Assembly: GCF_963921235.1 (NCBI RefSeq)
Contig: NC_086097.1
Span: forward strand, 166,658,001 to 166,722,000
DNA: 64,000 nt
Reading direction: 5' to 3'
Source: Mobula hypostoma
Lineage: Eukaryota
Shown: positions 23,019 through 34,788 of the stretch, piece by piece
Position numbering within the stretch: position 1 is the stretch's first letter
Layout: every line of letters begins with the position of its first letter
Position numbers and translations under genes: made by a program
Notes under the pieces: model-generated
The model's database searches: none
Told to the model about the DNA's origin: nothing
Seen by the model: the letters and a program-made list of their open reading frames with translations, nothing else

Positions 23019-26000
23019 ATAGAAACATAGAAACATAGAAAATAGGTGCAGGAGTAGGCCATTCGGCCCTTCGAGCCTGCACCGCCATTTATTATGATCA
23101 TGGCTGATCATCCAACTCAGAACCCTGCCCCAGCCTTCCCTCCATACCCCCTGACCCCTGTAGCCACAAGGGCCATATCTAACTCCCTCTTAAACATAGC
23201 CAATGAACTGGCCTCAACAGTTTGCTGTGGCAGAGAATTCCACAGATTCACCACTCTCTGTGTGAAGAAGTTTTTCCTAATCTCGGTCCTAAAAGGCTTC
23301 CCCTCTATCCTCAAACTGTGACCCCTCGTTCTGGACTTCCCCAACATCGGGAACAATCTTGCCGCATCTAGCCTGTCCAATCCCTTTAGGATCTTATACG
23401 TTTCAATCAGATTCCCCCTCAATCTTCTAAATTCCAATGAGTACAAGCCCAGTTCATCCAGTCTTTCTTCATATGAAAGTCCTGCCATCCCAGGAATCAA
23501 TCTGGTGAACCTTCTTTGTACTCCCTCTATGACAAAGATGTCTTTCCTCAGATTAGGGGACCAAAACTGCACACAATACTCCAGGTGTGGTCTCACCAAG
23601 GCCTTGCACAACTGCAGTAGTACCTCCCTGCTCCTGTACTCGAATCCTCTCGCTATAAATGCCAGCATACCATTCGCCTTTTTCACCGCCTGCTGTACCT
23701 GCATGCCCACTTTCAATGACTGGTGTATAATGACACCCAGGTCTCGTTGCACCTCCCCTTTTCCTAATCGGCCACCATTCAGATAATAATCTGTTTTCCT
23801 ATTTTTGCCACCAAAGTGGATAACTTCACATTTATCCACATTAAATTGCATCTGTCATGAGTTTGCCCACTCACCCAACCTATCCAAGTCACCCTGCATC
23901 CTCTTAGCATCCTCCTCACTGCTAACACTGCCGCCCAGCTTCGTGTCATCCGCAAACTTGGAGATGCTGCATTTAATTCCCTCATCCAAGTCATTAATAT
24001 ATATTGTAAACAACTGGGGTCCCAGCACTGAGCCTTGCGGTACCCCACTAGTCACCGCCTGCCATTCTGAAAAGGTCCCGTTTATTCCCACTCTTTGCTT
24101 CCTGTCTGCTAACCAATTCTCCACCCACACCAATACCTTACCCCCAATACCGTGTGCTTTAAGTTTGCACACTAATCTCCTGTGTGGGACCTTGTCAAAA
24201 GCCTTTTGAAAATCCAAATATACCACATCCACTGGTTCTCCCCTATCCACTCTACTAGTTACATCCTCAAAAAATTCTATGAGATTCGTCAGACATGATT
24301 TTCCTTTCACAAATCCATGCTGACTTTGTCCGATCATTTCTCTGCTTTCCAAATGTGCTGTTATCACATCCTTGATAACTGACTCCAGCAGTTTCCCCAC
24401 CACCGACGTTAGGCTAACCGGTCTATAATTCCCCGGTTTCTCTCTCCCTCCTTTTTTAAAAATTGAGGTTACATTAGCCACCCTCCAATCCTCAGGAACT
24501 AGTCCAGAATCTAACGAGTTTTGAAAAATTATCACTAATGCATCCACTATTTCTTGGGCTACTTCCTTAAGCACTCTAGGATGCAGACCATCTGGCCCTG
24601 GGGATTTATCTGCCTTCAATCCCTTCAATTTACCTAACACCACTTCCCTACTAACATGTATTTCACTCAGTTCCTCCATCTCACTGGACCCTCTGTCCCT
24701 TACTATTTCTGGAAGATTATTTATGTCCTCCTTAGTGAAGACAGAACCAAAGTAATTATTCAATTGGTCTGCCATGTCCTTGCTCCCCATAATCAATTCA
24801 CCTGTTTCTGTCTGCAGGGGACCTACATTTGTCTTTACCAGTCTTCTCCTTTTTACATATCTATAAAAGCTTTTACAGTCCGTTTTTATGTTCCTTGCCA
24901 GTTTTCTCTCATAATCTTTTTTCCCCTTCCTAATTAAGCCCTTTGTCCTCCTCTGCTGAACTCTGAATTTCTCCCAGTCCTCAGGTAAGCCACTTTCTCT
25001 GGCTAATTTATATGCTACTTCTTTGGAATTGATATTATCCCTAATTTCTCTTGTCAGCCACGGGTGCACTACCTTCCTTGATTTATTCTTTTGCCAAACT
25101 GGGATGAACAATTGTTGTAGTTCATCCATGCAACCTTTAAATGCTTGCCATTGCATATCCACCGTCAATCCTTTAAGTGTCATTTGCCAGTCTATCTTAG
25201 CTAATTCACGTCTCATACCTTCAAAGTTCCCCTTCTTTAAGTTCAGAAACTTTGTTTCTGAATTAACTATGTCACTCTCCATATTAATGAAGAATTCCAC
25301 CATATTATGGTCACTCTTACCCAAGGGGCCTCTCACGACAAGATCGCTAATTAACCCTTCCTCATTGCTCAAAACCCAGTCCAGAATAGCCTGCTCTCCA
25401 GTTGGTTCCTCGACATGTTGGTTCAAAAAACCATCCTGCATACATTCCAAGAAATCCTCTTCCTCAGCACCTTTACCAATTTGGTTCACCCAGTCTACAT
25501 GTAGATTGAAGTCACCCATTATAACTGCTGTTCCTTTATTGCACACATTTCTAATTTGCTGTTTAATACCATCTCCGACCTCACTACTACTGTTAGGTGG
25601 CCTGTACACAACTCCCACCAGCGTCTTCTGCCCCTTAGTGTTACGCAGCTCTACCCATATCGATTCCGCATCTTCCCGGCTTATGTCCTTCCTTTCTATT
25701 GCGTTAATCTCTTCTTTAACCAGCAACGCCACCCCACCTCCCCTTCCTTCATGTCTATCCCTCCTGAATATTGAATATCCCTGAACGTTGAGCTCCCATC
25801 CCTGGTCACCCTGGAGCCATGTCTCTGTGATCCCAACTATATCATAATCATTAATAACAATCTGCACTTTCAATTCATCCACCTTATTACGAATGCTCCT
25901 TGCATTGACACATAAAGCCTTCAGGCGCTCTTTTACAACTCTCTTAGCCCTTGTACAATTATGTTGAAAAGTGGCCCTTTTTAATGCTTGCCCTGGATTT

Positions 26001-26632
26001 GTCGGCCTGCCACTTTTACTTTTCTCCTTTGTACTTTTTGCTTCTATGCTCACTTTACACCCCTCTGTCTCTCTGCACTGGTTCCCATCCCTCTGTTGTG
26101 AACTAACCTCCTCACGCCTAGCCTCTTTAATTTGATTCCCACCCCCCAACCATTCTAGTTTAAAGTCACCTCAGTAGCCCCCGCTAATCTCCCCGCCAGG
26201 ATATTGGTCCCCCTAGGATTCAAGTGTAACCCGTCCTTTTTGTACAGGTCACGCCTGCGCCAAAAGAGGTCCCAATGATCCAAAAACTTGAATCCCTGCC
26301 CCCTGCTCCAATCCCTCAGCCACGCATTTATCCTCCACCTCATCGCATTCCTACTCTCACTGTCGCGTGGCACAGGCAGTAATCCCGAGATTACTACCTT
26401 TGCGGTCCTTTTTCTCAACTCCCTTCCTAGCTCCCTATATTCTCCTTTCAGGACCTCATCCCTTTTCCTACCTATGTCATTGGTACCTATATGTACCACG
26501 ACCTCCGGCTCCTCACCCTCCCACTTCAGGATATCTTGGACACGATCAGAAATATCCCGGACCCTGGCACCAGGGAGGCAAACTACCATCCGGGTCTCTG
26601 GACTGCGTCCACAGAATCGCCTATCTGACCCC
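23019..26632 (-). mobile_element. Young CR1 LINE copy B (same family as copy A), including the 3' part of ORF1 (SGNH/esterase-like); ORF2 broken by one TGG>TGA
   Basis: ORF1 part 26155-26589 (CLPGARV, HIGTND, DGLHLN); ORF2 split by the stop at 23855-23857; (CATAGAAA)n tail on the + strand from 23019; near-identical to copy A. Confidence 0.97.
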
Positions 26633-27124
26633 CTGGTGTTGACAGATGGAAACTGATTTTTCTCTTTTATTGAACATCAGCATTAAGTGATCTGATGGCA
26701 GACACCAGCCTAACAGAAAGTTTTCCGAAAGCCTGTTCTTAGAATAACGTGACTTATTGCATAAACTTCATATGTTCCTTTCCCAGAAAAAGAGGTAAAA
26801 ATCCTTCTCTCAGACCAGAGGCAATTCGTATCAACCTAAAAATTGACAGCCATTTTCTGTCATGGACTCACATCCATTAGGAAAGAGCGAATATCATCCA
26901 ACTTATTTTAACCTCATAATTATTGGCAAATGCAACATTACATCCATTTCAATGGCATGAATTCAAACTGAAGATACAAAGAATATAGGGCCATGATTCA
27001 AATATTTTACAACATCTTTCTACGTGTGCTAAATCTTTAGCAAAACAGATTTTTTTAATAATTAGATATTTCATCACCTGCCACAAAGATGACCATTTTC
27101 CAGAATTAGAATTATATCACTTAC

Positions 27125-27260
27125 TTGGCGATAATAATGGCCTTTGCCTTTATCATTTGTTCTCTTAACTTTTCCAATAAAAGCTCTCTTTTATTCTTTG
27201 GTTGAACACTGAGGGACCCACTTCCTTTCCGACTGCTGCTGTTTCGAGTACTTATGCTTC
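27125..27260 (-). CDS. PIEZO2: PIEZO2 coding exon (GSISTRNSSSRKGS...KRELLLEKLREQMIKAKA)
   Basis: Acceptor tttcatacAG|GA, donor AA|GTaagt; 136 nt, phase 1 to 2. Confidence 0.93.
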
Positions 27261-27389
27261 CTGTATGAAAATAGTGAAAGAATTTGCCTTGAATTTCAAA
27301 ATCAATCAAATGACCTTAAAGTCAATCAATTAAAAGCAAAAGAAAACTACAGATGCTGTAAATCTGAAATAAAAACAGAAAATATTCAA

Positions 27390-28925
27390 AGTTCAAAGTA
27401 AATTTATTATCAAAAAATGTACTGTATATGTCACCTTATACAGCCCTTTGATTCATTTTCTTGAGGGTAATCACAGTAAATACAAGAAACACAATAGAAT
27501 CAATAAAATACCACACTTAATAAGATGGACAACAATCAATGTGCAAAAAAACAAACTGTAAGTACAAAAGGAAGGAACAAATAAGCAATAAATATCGAGA
27601 ACAAGATGAAGAGTCCTTGAAAGTGAGTCTACCTCAGTAGGAACAGTTCAGTCGCAAACAACAGGAATTCTACAGATGCTGGAAATTCAAGCAACACACA
27701 TCAAAGTTGCTGGTGAATGCAGCAGGCCAGGCAGCATCTGTAGGAAGAGGTGCAGTCAACGTTTCAGGCCAAGACCTCTTCCTACAGATGCTGCCTGGCC
27801 TGCTGCGTTCACCAGCAACTTTGATGTGAGGAACAGTTCAGTGATGAGATGAGTGATGTTGAGTGAAATTATCCCCTCTAGTTAAAGAGCGTGATGTTTG
27901 TTGAGTAATAACCATTCCTGAGCCTGGTGGTGCAAGTTTTGAGGCTCCTGTACCTTCTTCCTGATGGCAGCAGTGAGGAGAGGTGGGGGTCTTTGATGAT
28001 GGATACTACTTTCCTGCAACAGCGCTCCATGTAGATGTGCTCAATGGTGGGGAGGACTTTACCTGTGATGGACTTTTTGTGGGATTTTCCATACCAGGCT
28101 GTGATGCAACCAGTCAATATACCTTCCACCACACATCTACAGAAGTTTGTCAAAGTTTCACACGACATGCCAAATCTTTGCAAACTTCTAAAAAACTAGA
28201 GGTGCTGCTGTACTTTCTTCGTAATGGCACTTACATCATGAAGCCAGGACAGATCTTCTAAAATGATAACTCCAAGGAATCTAAAGTTGCTGACCATCTC
28301 CACTTCTGACCTCCCGATTACAACTTGCTTGTGAACCTCCAGTTTTCTCCTCTTGAAGTCAATAATCATCTTCTTGGTTTTGCTGACATTGAGTGAGGGG
28401 TAGTTGTTGAAGCACCACTCAGCCAGATTTTTATCTCCCTCCAATATGCTGATTTGTCACCATCCTTGAATTGGCCAACGCCAATGGTGTCATCAGTAAA
28501 CTTAAATATTGCATTGGAGCTGTGTCAATTGGAGCTCACAGTCATAAGTGTAAAGCATGCAGATTGGGGGCTAAACACTCGACCTAGTGGTGTACCTATG
28601 CTGGGGCAAATTCTGGAGAAGATGTTGCTACTAATCTGAACTGACTGAGGTTTGCAAGTTAGGAAATCGAGGATCCCATTGCACAAGGAGGTATTGAGGC
28701 CTAGGACTTGGAACTTATTGATTAGTCTGGAGGGGACGATGGTATTGAATGCCGATCTGTAGTCAATGAACAGCAACCTGGTGTGTGGATCTGTGCTGTC
28801 CAGATGTTCCAGGATTGAGTGAAGAGCCAATGAAATGGAATCTGCTGTTGACCTGTTGTGGCAAATTGGAGTCAAATCAAGTCACTTCACAGGCAGGAGT
28901 TGATATCTTCACCAACCTCTGAAAC
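27390..28925 (-). mobile_element. Decayed Rex1/Babar-type LINE, 3' half
   Basis: Fragments RLLFIDYRSAFNTI, SLNVSKTKKMIIDF and LLPSGRRYRS; 3'UTR interrupted by a fold-back element. Confidence 0.85.
27653..27828. mobile_element. Fold-back element copy, 14-bp TSD
   Basis: AGGAACAGTTCAGT at 27639-27652 and 27829-27842. Confidence 0.85.
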
Positions 28926-31509
28926 AATGTTGTAAATATTCAAAAAATCAGGCAGCTTCTGTGGAGAGAGTGAAACAGAGTTAATGATTCAAAGAATGAA
29001 AAACATGCAAAATCTAATAATCTGAAATAAGAACAGAAAAACAGATCTTTCTAACCTGAAATGTTAATAGTTGTTCCAATATGCTGTCTGATCTGCTGAG
29101 TGTTTCCAGCAATTTCTGTTTTTATTTGAGTTGCCACATCCAGTTGAAGGCCTTTTATCAGAACTAGGAAAAGTATTAAAAATCAAACACATTTTATGTG
29201 TAGAGAAAATGGAGGAGATGCTGGTACTGCAAATGTCTGTGGCAAGTAGTGTGGCTGTCTCACAGCTCCAGGAATTTGCATTTCATCCTGACCATGGGTG
29301 CTCTTTTGCAGTTATAATGGTATTCACCTGGTGCTCCAGATTTCCCTCCCATCCCAAAGATGTGCTGGCTATTAGGTGAAATAGCTATTGTAAACTACCT
29401 CCTTTTTAGGGGTGGTAGGAGAATTGAATGTTTGAGGTAAATGGCTGGGTGTGTAGGAACATTTGGCAGAGAAATGAGGAGGTGTGGAATTGGTCTGAGA
29501 ACCAGCATAGTCCCAGTGGGTGAAATAACTGCTCACTTCATGTGCGAATATGAAAAATGCACAGTTAGTGGCCTTTAGAATGTCTTAAGATCTTGAAAAA
29601 TCCTGTAGACGAGGATTATTGACTGTCCATTTTCCTCTACAGATGCTACCTTATTCACTGCGCTCCTCCAGCAGTTTCTTTGTTGGTCCAGTTTCAGCAT
29701 CTGCAGTACAAGACCTATAATTCATTCAATCTCAGAATCTGAGAAATTGGATCTTTCCTTTGCTGTGGTATTCTTAGTTCAGACATCTGTATACTGTGTT
29801 GTGGATGAACCACATCAAACATCAACAGCCTCAATTAATCTCTTCTGTGCTCAGTTTGGTATTTGAGCACAACCTGACAAAGATTTTCATATTTTCATAT
29901 GTTCAACTTTCATTAGAGTTTCCAAAATAAAAGGGAACTTCATTGAAACATACAAAATCATGAGGAAAATGGATGTGGAGAAGATCCTGGCTATCTCCTC
30001 TTGTGGAAAATTTCAGAAAGGGATTACTTTTACAAAATAAGAGATCCTCCATTTAAGAAAGCAAAAATTTTCACACAGAGGGTCAGAAATCTTTGAAACT
30101 CATTTTCTCACAAAACAGTGGAACTAGAGTTTGAGTACATTTAAGGCATTAAGAAGGGGTTAAAAGTTACTGTAAGTAGATGTGAATGAAGAATTGAAGT
30201 AACAATGCTTATAGCCATGATCTTATTAAGTGGCAGACTAGGCTTGATGCACTGAGTTGCCCACTCCTGTTCCTAAATCTTGAACAAATACCAAAGCAGA
30301 TTTAGAACTGGAGTTGATTTATTATTGCCATGTGTACCAAGGTACAGTGAAAAGGTTGTCTTTCAGATAGATCGTACAGATCAATTCATTACACGGTGTG
30401 TTGAGCTAGAACAAGGTAAACAAGTAACAGAATACAGAATAAAGTGTAACAGCTACAGGGCAGGTAAACAATAAAGTGCAAGACCATGATTACGTAGATT
30501 GTGAGGTCAAAAATCCATCTCATCATTCTACAGAACTATTTAATAGTCCTATATCATTGGGGGTAGAAGTTATCCTTGAGGCTGGTGATAGATTTCTCAA
30601 CTACCTACCTTGTAAGAAGAATTTGCTTAGAACATAAGTAACAGAAAGATTAAAATTTACAGTCCTTTGTGCTTTTTGCATTATTTGCCATAAACATTAT
30701 TTCCCTTGATTTCCTAGACACTGAATGGCCTATCCAGCCAGTAACAGAGTATTTCCAATCTTCTGAGATATTCAAACATGTAGAATAATATCAACAAGGA
30801 CACATCTTCACATTGTTAACCTGAATAATCTACCTTTTTTCCATTTTATATTGAAACTGATGTCTCTAATTCTAGACTTTCCAGCCAAGGGAAGCGGCCC
30901 TGGGTCCCTGTCCTATAGGAGCTTGAAAATCTGCCTCAAGGTGGTTATGTCTTGTTTTTCTGAATTCCAAATCCAAAATCCTGAAAATATGTATCACCAG
31001 TCTCAAGGACAACTTCTACCCTGCTGTTATAAGACTATCAGGTGGTTCCTTGATATGATAAGATGGACTCTTGACCTCACAATCTACTATGTAGTGAACT
31101 TGCTCATTATTATTTAGCTGTACTGTATTTTCGGCATAGTTGTTACACATTGTTTTGCATTGTGCTACTTGTTCCAGCTTGTTCTAGTTCAATACACTAG
31201 GTACTGATTTGATAGAACATAGAACAGTATAGCACAGTGAAGGCCCTTTGACCCACAATGTTGTGCCGACCTTTGAACCTACTTCTATTTGATCTGCATG
31301 ACAAGACAATGTAAGACAAGCTTTTCGCTATATCTTGGTATATGTGACAATAGTAAACCCAATTCCTGTTTAGGATCTTCTCACTCAGTCTTTTCACACA
31401 GGATATGAGTTTAATAGGCTCAAAGGCAAATATTTTCTTTCTTGGTCATAGAAACCATAGCTGAATGGAGTGGATGTAGCTCACCAGAGCACAAACATCT
31501 ACAACATGG

Positions 31510-32140
31510 ATAGAACATAGAAGAGTACAATACAAGAACAGGCCCTCAGCCCACAATGCCATGGCAAACTAGAAACCAAATGTTCAACTAAAGCCTTCTG
31601 TCTACACAATGTTCATATCCTTTCATTTCCTGCACATTCAGGAGCCTTTTGAACGCCCCTATTGTATTTACCTCCACCACCACTCCAGGCAGCACATTTT
31701 AGATACCAGTCTCTGTGTAAAAATACTTACCCCACATATTTCCTGTAAGCCTAACCCCATCACTTTAAACATATGACCTGTGGTATTCTTATAAACCTCT
31801 GTCAGCCTCTGCCACTCCACAGAAAACAACCCAAGTTTGTCCAATCTCTCCTTACAGTACATGCCCTCTTAGTTCAGGCAGCATCCTGGTAAATCTCTTT
31901 TGGCACCCCATCCAAAGCCTCGACATCCTACCTATAATGTGATGACCAGAACCGAATGCAATACTCCAGATGAGGTCTAACTAGAGTTTAATAAAGCTGA
32001 AACATAACGTCCCAACTCTTGAACTCACTCGACTAATTTTACCAGAGGAAAATACACCATTCATCTTCTTTACCTCACTCTCAACGTGCGTAGCTACTTT
32101 TAGGGAGCTATAGAATTGGATCCCGGGGTCCCTCTGTACT
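31510..32140 (-). mobile_element. Old CR1 3' fragment
   Basis: ERLDKLGLFSVEWQRL and FTQRLV remnants; atagaacatagaa tail on the + strand. Confidence 0.7.
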
Positions 32141-32779
32141 TCAGCACTGTGCTGCATGTGTAAAGAGACTGTGCACTGTTAATGAGTCTTGCCTTTTTAG
32201 TTATACAGTAAGACATCATCACTCTTCTAATCAGCTGAAAGTGCAAATTGATCTTCTAATTGCTCTCTGTAGTGTGGCGTGGTTGTGTAGCAATTCGGGC
32301 ATTGCTGTACAGGGCCACTAATCACTAATCAGGTTTCAATTTCCACAACTGTCTGTAAGGAGTATGTATGTTCCCAGCACAAGAGCATGAGCTTCCTCTG
32401 GATGCTTCAGATTCCTCCCTCATTCCAGAGCCATTTGGGTCAGTAGGTTAATTGGTAGCATGGGTTTGTTAGGCTGGAATGGTCTGTTACTACGCTAAAT
32501 CAATTTTTAAAAGCTTACCTATCTTTCTCTCTCAATATTGCCCAAATCTAGTTTCCCTATCTGTGGGGGTTGTATCTTCAGCTGTCAAGCCCCCAGGCCC
32601 TCTTTCCCATATGACCTGACATCAATTTAGTTTTGTTCAACAATGCTCTTCTGATCGGTTCTGAGATTTTTTAAAGTTCTGCCATAGAAGCCATATAAAT
32701 GGGAATTTTTTTTGGCGCATCGAGTTTAAGTATTTTCAAATCTTCACACACAAGTCTCAAATATAAAAATGTGCCATAC

Positions 32780-33017
32780 CTCTTTGTGACCTATGGGATG
32801 ATCGATTTGAGATCTGTGAACCTGTTGAACTTGATCTTCGGGCTGTTGCCTGTTCTGGAAAGTGGACGTGAATGGAATCCATAGATGCTTGCAAATTAAT
32901 TGACTTTAGAGAACCAAGTGAGCTTTTCCTTTGACAGTCATTTCTGTGATCTTCCTCACTCTCATCTTTACCAGAAGCATTTTCACTCTTTTCATCTTCA
33001 TCCCACAAACCATGGCA
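32780..33017 (-). CDS. PIEZO2: PIEZO2 coding exon (CHGLWDEDE...SLKSINL...FPEQ...RSQR)
   Basis: Acceptor ttttattctAG|TGC, donor G|GTatgg; 238 nt, phase 0 to 1. Confidence 0.95.
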
Positions 33018-34563
33018 CTAGAATAAAATTTTCTTTGTTTTATAAAACTGTAGCACATAGCTGTAGTAGTGTATGGCAATACAATAATATGATGTCTGAT
33101 TTTCAAGTGAATGCCTTACAAATGTAGCTTTACACTTCTTGAGTGACACATCCAGTATTAATAACCAAGACACAAATCTCAAATCAAAAAGGGGAATGTA
33201 TGTTCTCCCCATCACCGTGTGGGTTTCTTCCAGGTGCTCCAGTTTCCTCCCACATTCCAAAGTCAATAGGTTAATTGGTCACATGGGTGTATTGTTTGGA
33301 TGATCTCAAACCTATGATCACTAACTATAGAGCACATTGTCTGATGACCATTCAAAATAGAAAAAGGACATTTTATGAATAGTAAAACTATTGCTATGGT
33401 ATTCCATGAGGTAAACATTATCAATATTCCAATCACCAGTGACTTTATTACATAATAGTCATGTACCAAATAAATACTTTGAAACTTTGGATGTGACATT
33501 ATAAAGAGGCCAAATTTGTTTCAAACTCTGTTATATATCCTACCTGGTCACATTTTCCACAAATTTCAACATAGAAAATTACGTTGACTAATGTTTAAGT
33601 GGTAGAAAGTTGTCCTATACTTTCAGTGATCAATAATATGTAATATGTCTTTTTTAGCTCAGTTAATAAGGACATTGTAATAAAGGCCAAAATGGAGAAT
33701 GATTAGGCTACTGCACCAGCATCTCATCTGGACACATTTATTTGTTCTTTGCTGGTCCCATTACTACAGGGGTGCTGCTAGTAAAACTACTGCCTCTCTG
33801 CTCCTGCAATCGTAACCTAAGTTAATTATCATCCTATGTATATGTCACCCTATACAACCCTGAGATTTATTTTCTTGCAGGCATATTCAGTAAATCTAAG
33901 GACCATAATAGTAACTGCACCCAACAGGACGGACAAACAATCAACTTGTAAAAGACAATAAACTGCAAATACAAAGGGAAAAAAAAAGTAATAAATATCG
34001 AGAACATGATGAGTCATTGAAGTAAGTCCATTGGTTGTAGAAACAGTTCAATGATGGGGCAAGTGAAGATGAATGAAGTTATCCCCACTGGTAAAGGGCT
34101 TTTTGACCAAAAGACCCATAAGATATACAGTAGGAGCAGAATTAGTCAATTTGGCCCAACAAGTCTACTCCACCACTTCATTACGGCTGATCCAATTTTC
34201 CTCTTGACCCCAATCTCCTGCCTTTCTCTGTATCCTTTTGTGCCCCAACCAATCAACAATCTATCAATCTCCGCCTTGAATATACATAAAGACTTGGCCT
34301 CCACGGCTGCCTGTGACAACAAATTCCACAGAGTCACCACTCTCTGGCAAAAGAAAATCCTCCTCATCCCCATTCTAAAAGGATACCCCTCTATTCTGAG
34401 ACTGTGTACTCTTGTCTTAAACTCTCGCACCACATCCACTCTATCAAGGCCTTTCACCATTCGATAGGTTTCAATGAGGTCACCCCTCATTCTACTGAAT
34501 TTTAGTGAATACAGGCCCAGAACCATCAAACACTCTTCATATAACAAGCCATTCAATCCTAGA

Positions 34564-34788
34564 CAACAGGAATTCTGCAGATGCTGGAAATTCAAGCAAC
34601 ACACATCAAAGTTGCTGGTGAACACAGCAGGCCAAGCAGCATCTGTAGGAAGAGGTGCAGTCGACGTTTCAGGCCGAGACCCTTCGTTAGTCCTGACGAA
34701 GGGTCTCGGCCTGAAACGTCGACTGCACCTCTTCCTACAGATGCTGCTTGGCCTGCTGCGTTCACCAGCAACTTTGATGTGTGTTGCT
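34564..34788. mobile_element. Fold-back (palindromic) short element, Penelope-pLTR-like, with 14-bp TSD
   Basis: Near-perfect inverted arms of about 95 nt; CATTCAATCCTAGA duplicated at 34550-34563 / 34789-34802. Confidence 0.85.
34688..34725 (+). ncRNA. Putative minimal type I hammerhead ribozyme
   Basis: UAGUC-CUGACGA-AGG(GUCUCGG)CCU-GAAA-C-GUC^GACUG: both core boxes present, stem I UAGUC/GACUG, stem II, and a stem III reduced to the palindrome ACGU. Confidence 0.55.

Noticed and set aside
23855..23857. TGA in copy B ORF2 as programmed readthrough or selenocysteine
   Set aside because: Copy A has TGG (Trp) at the same position, so this is a simple nonsense mutation.
12777..25784. Antisense ORFs within the CR1 copies (for example 25023-25784, 14151-14555)
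   Set aside because: These are shadow frames of ORF2 with no independent motifs; they recur only because the copies are near-identical.
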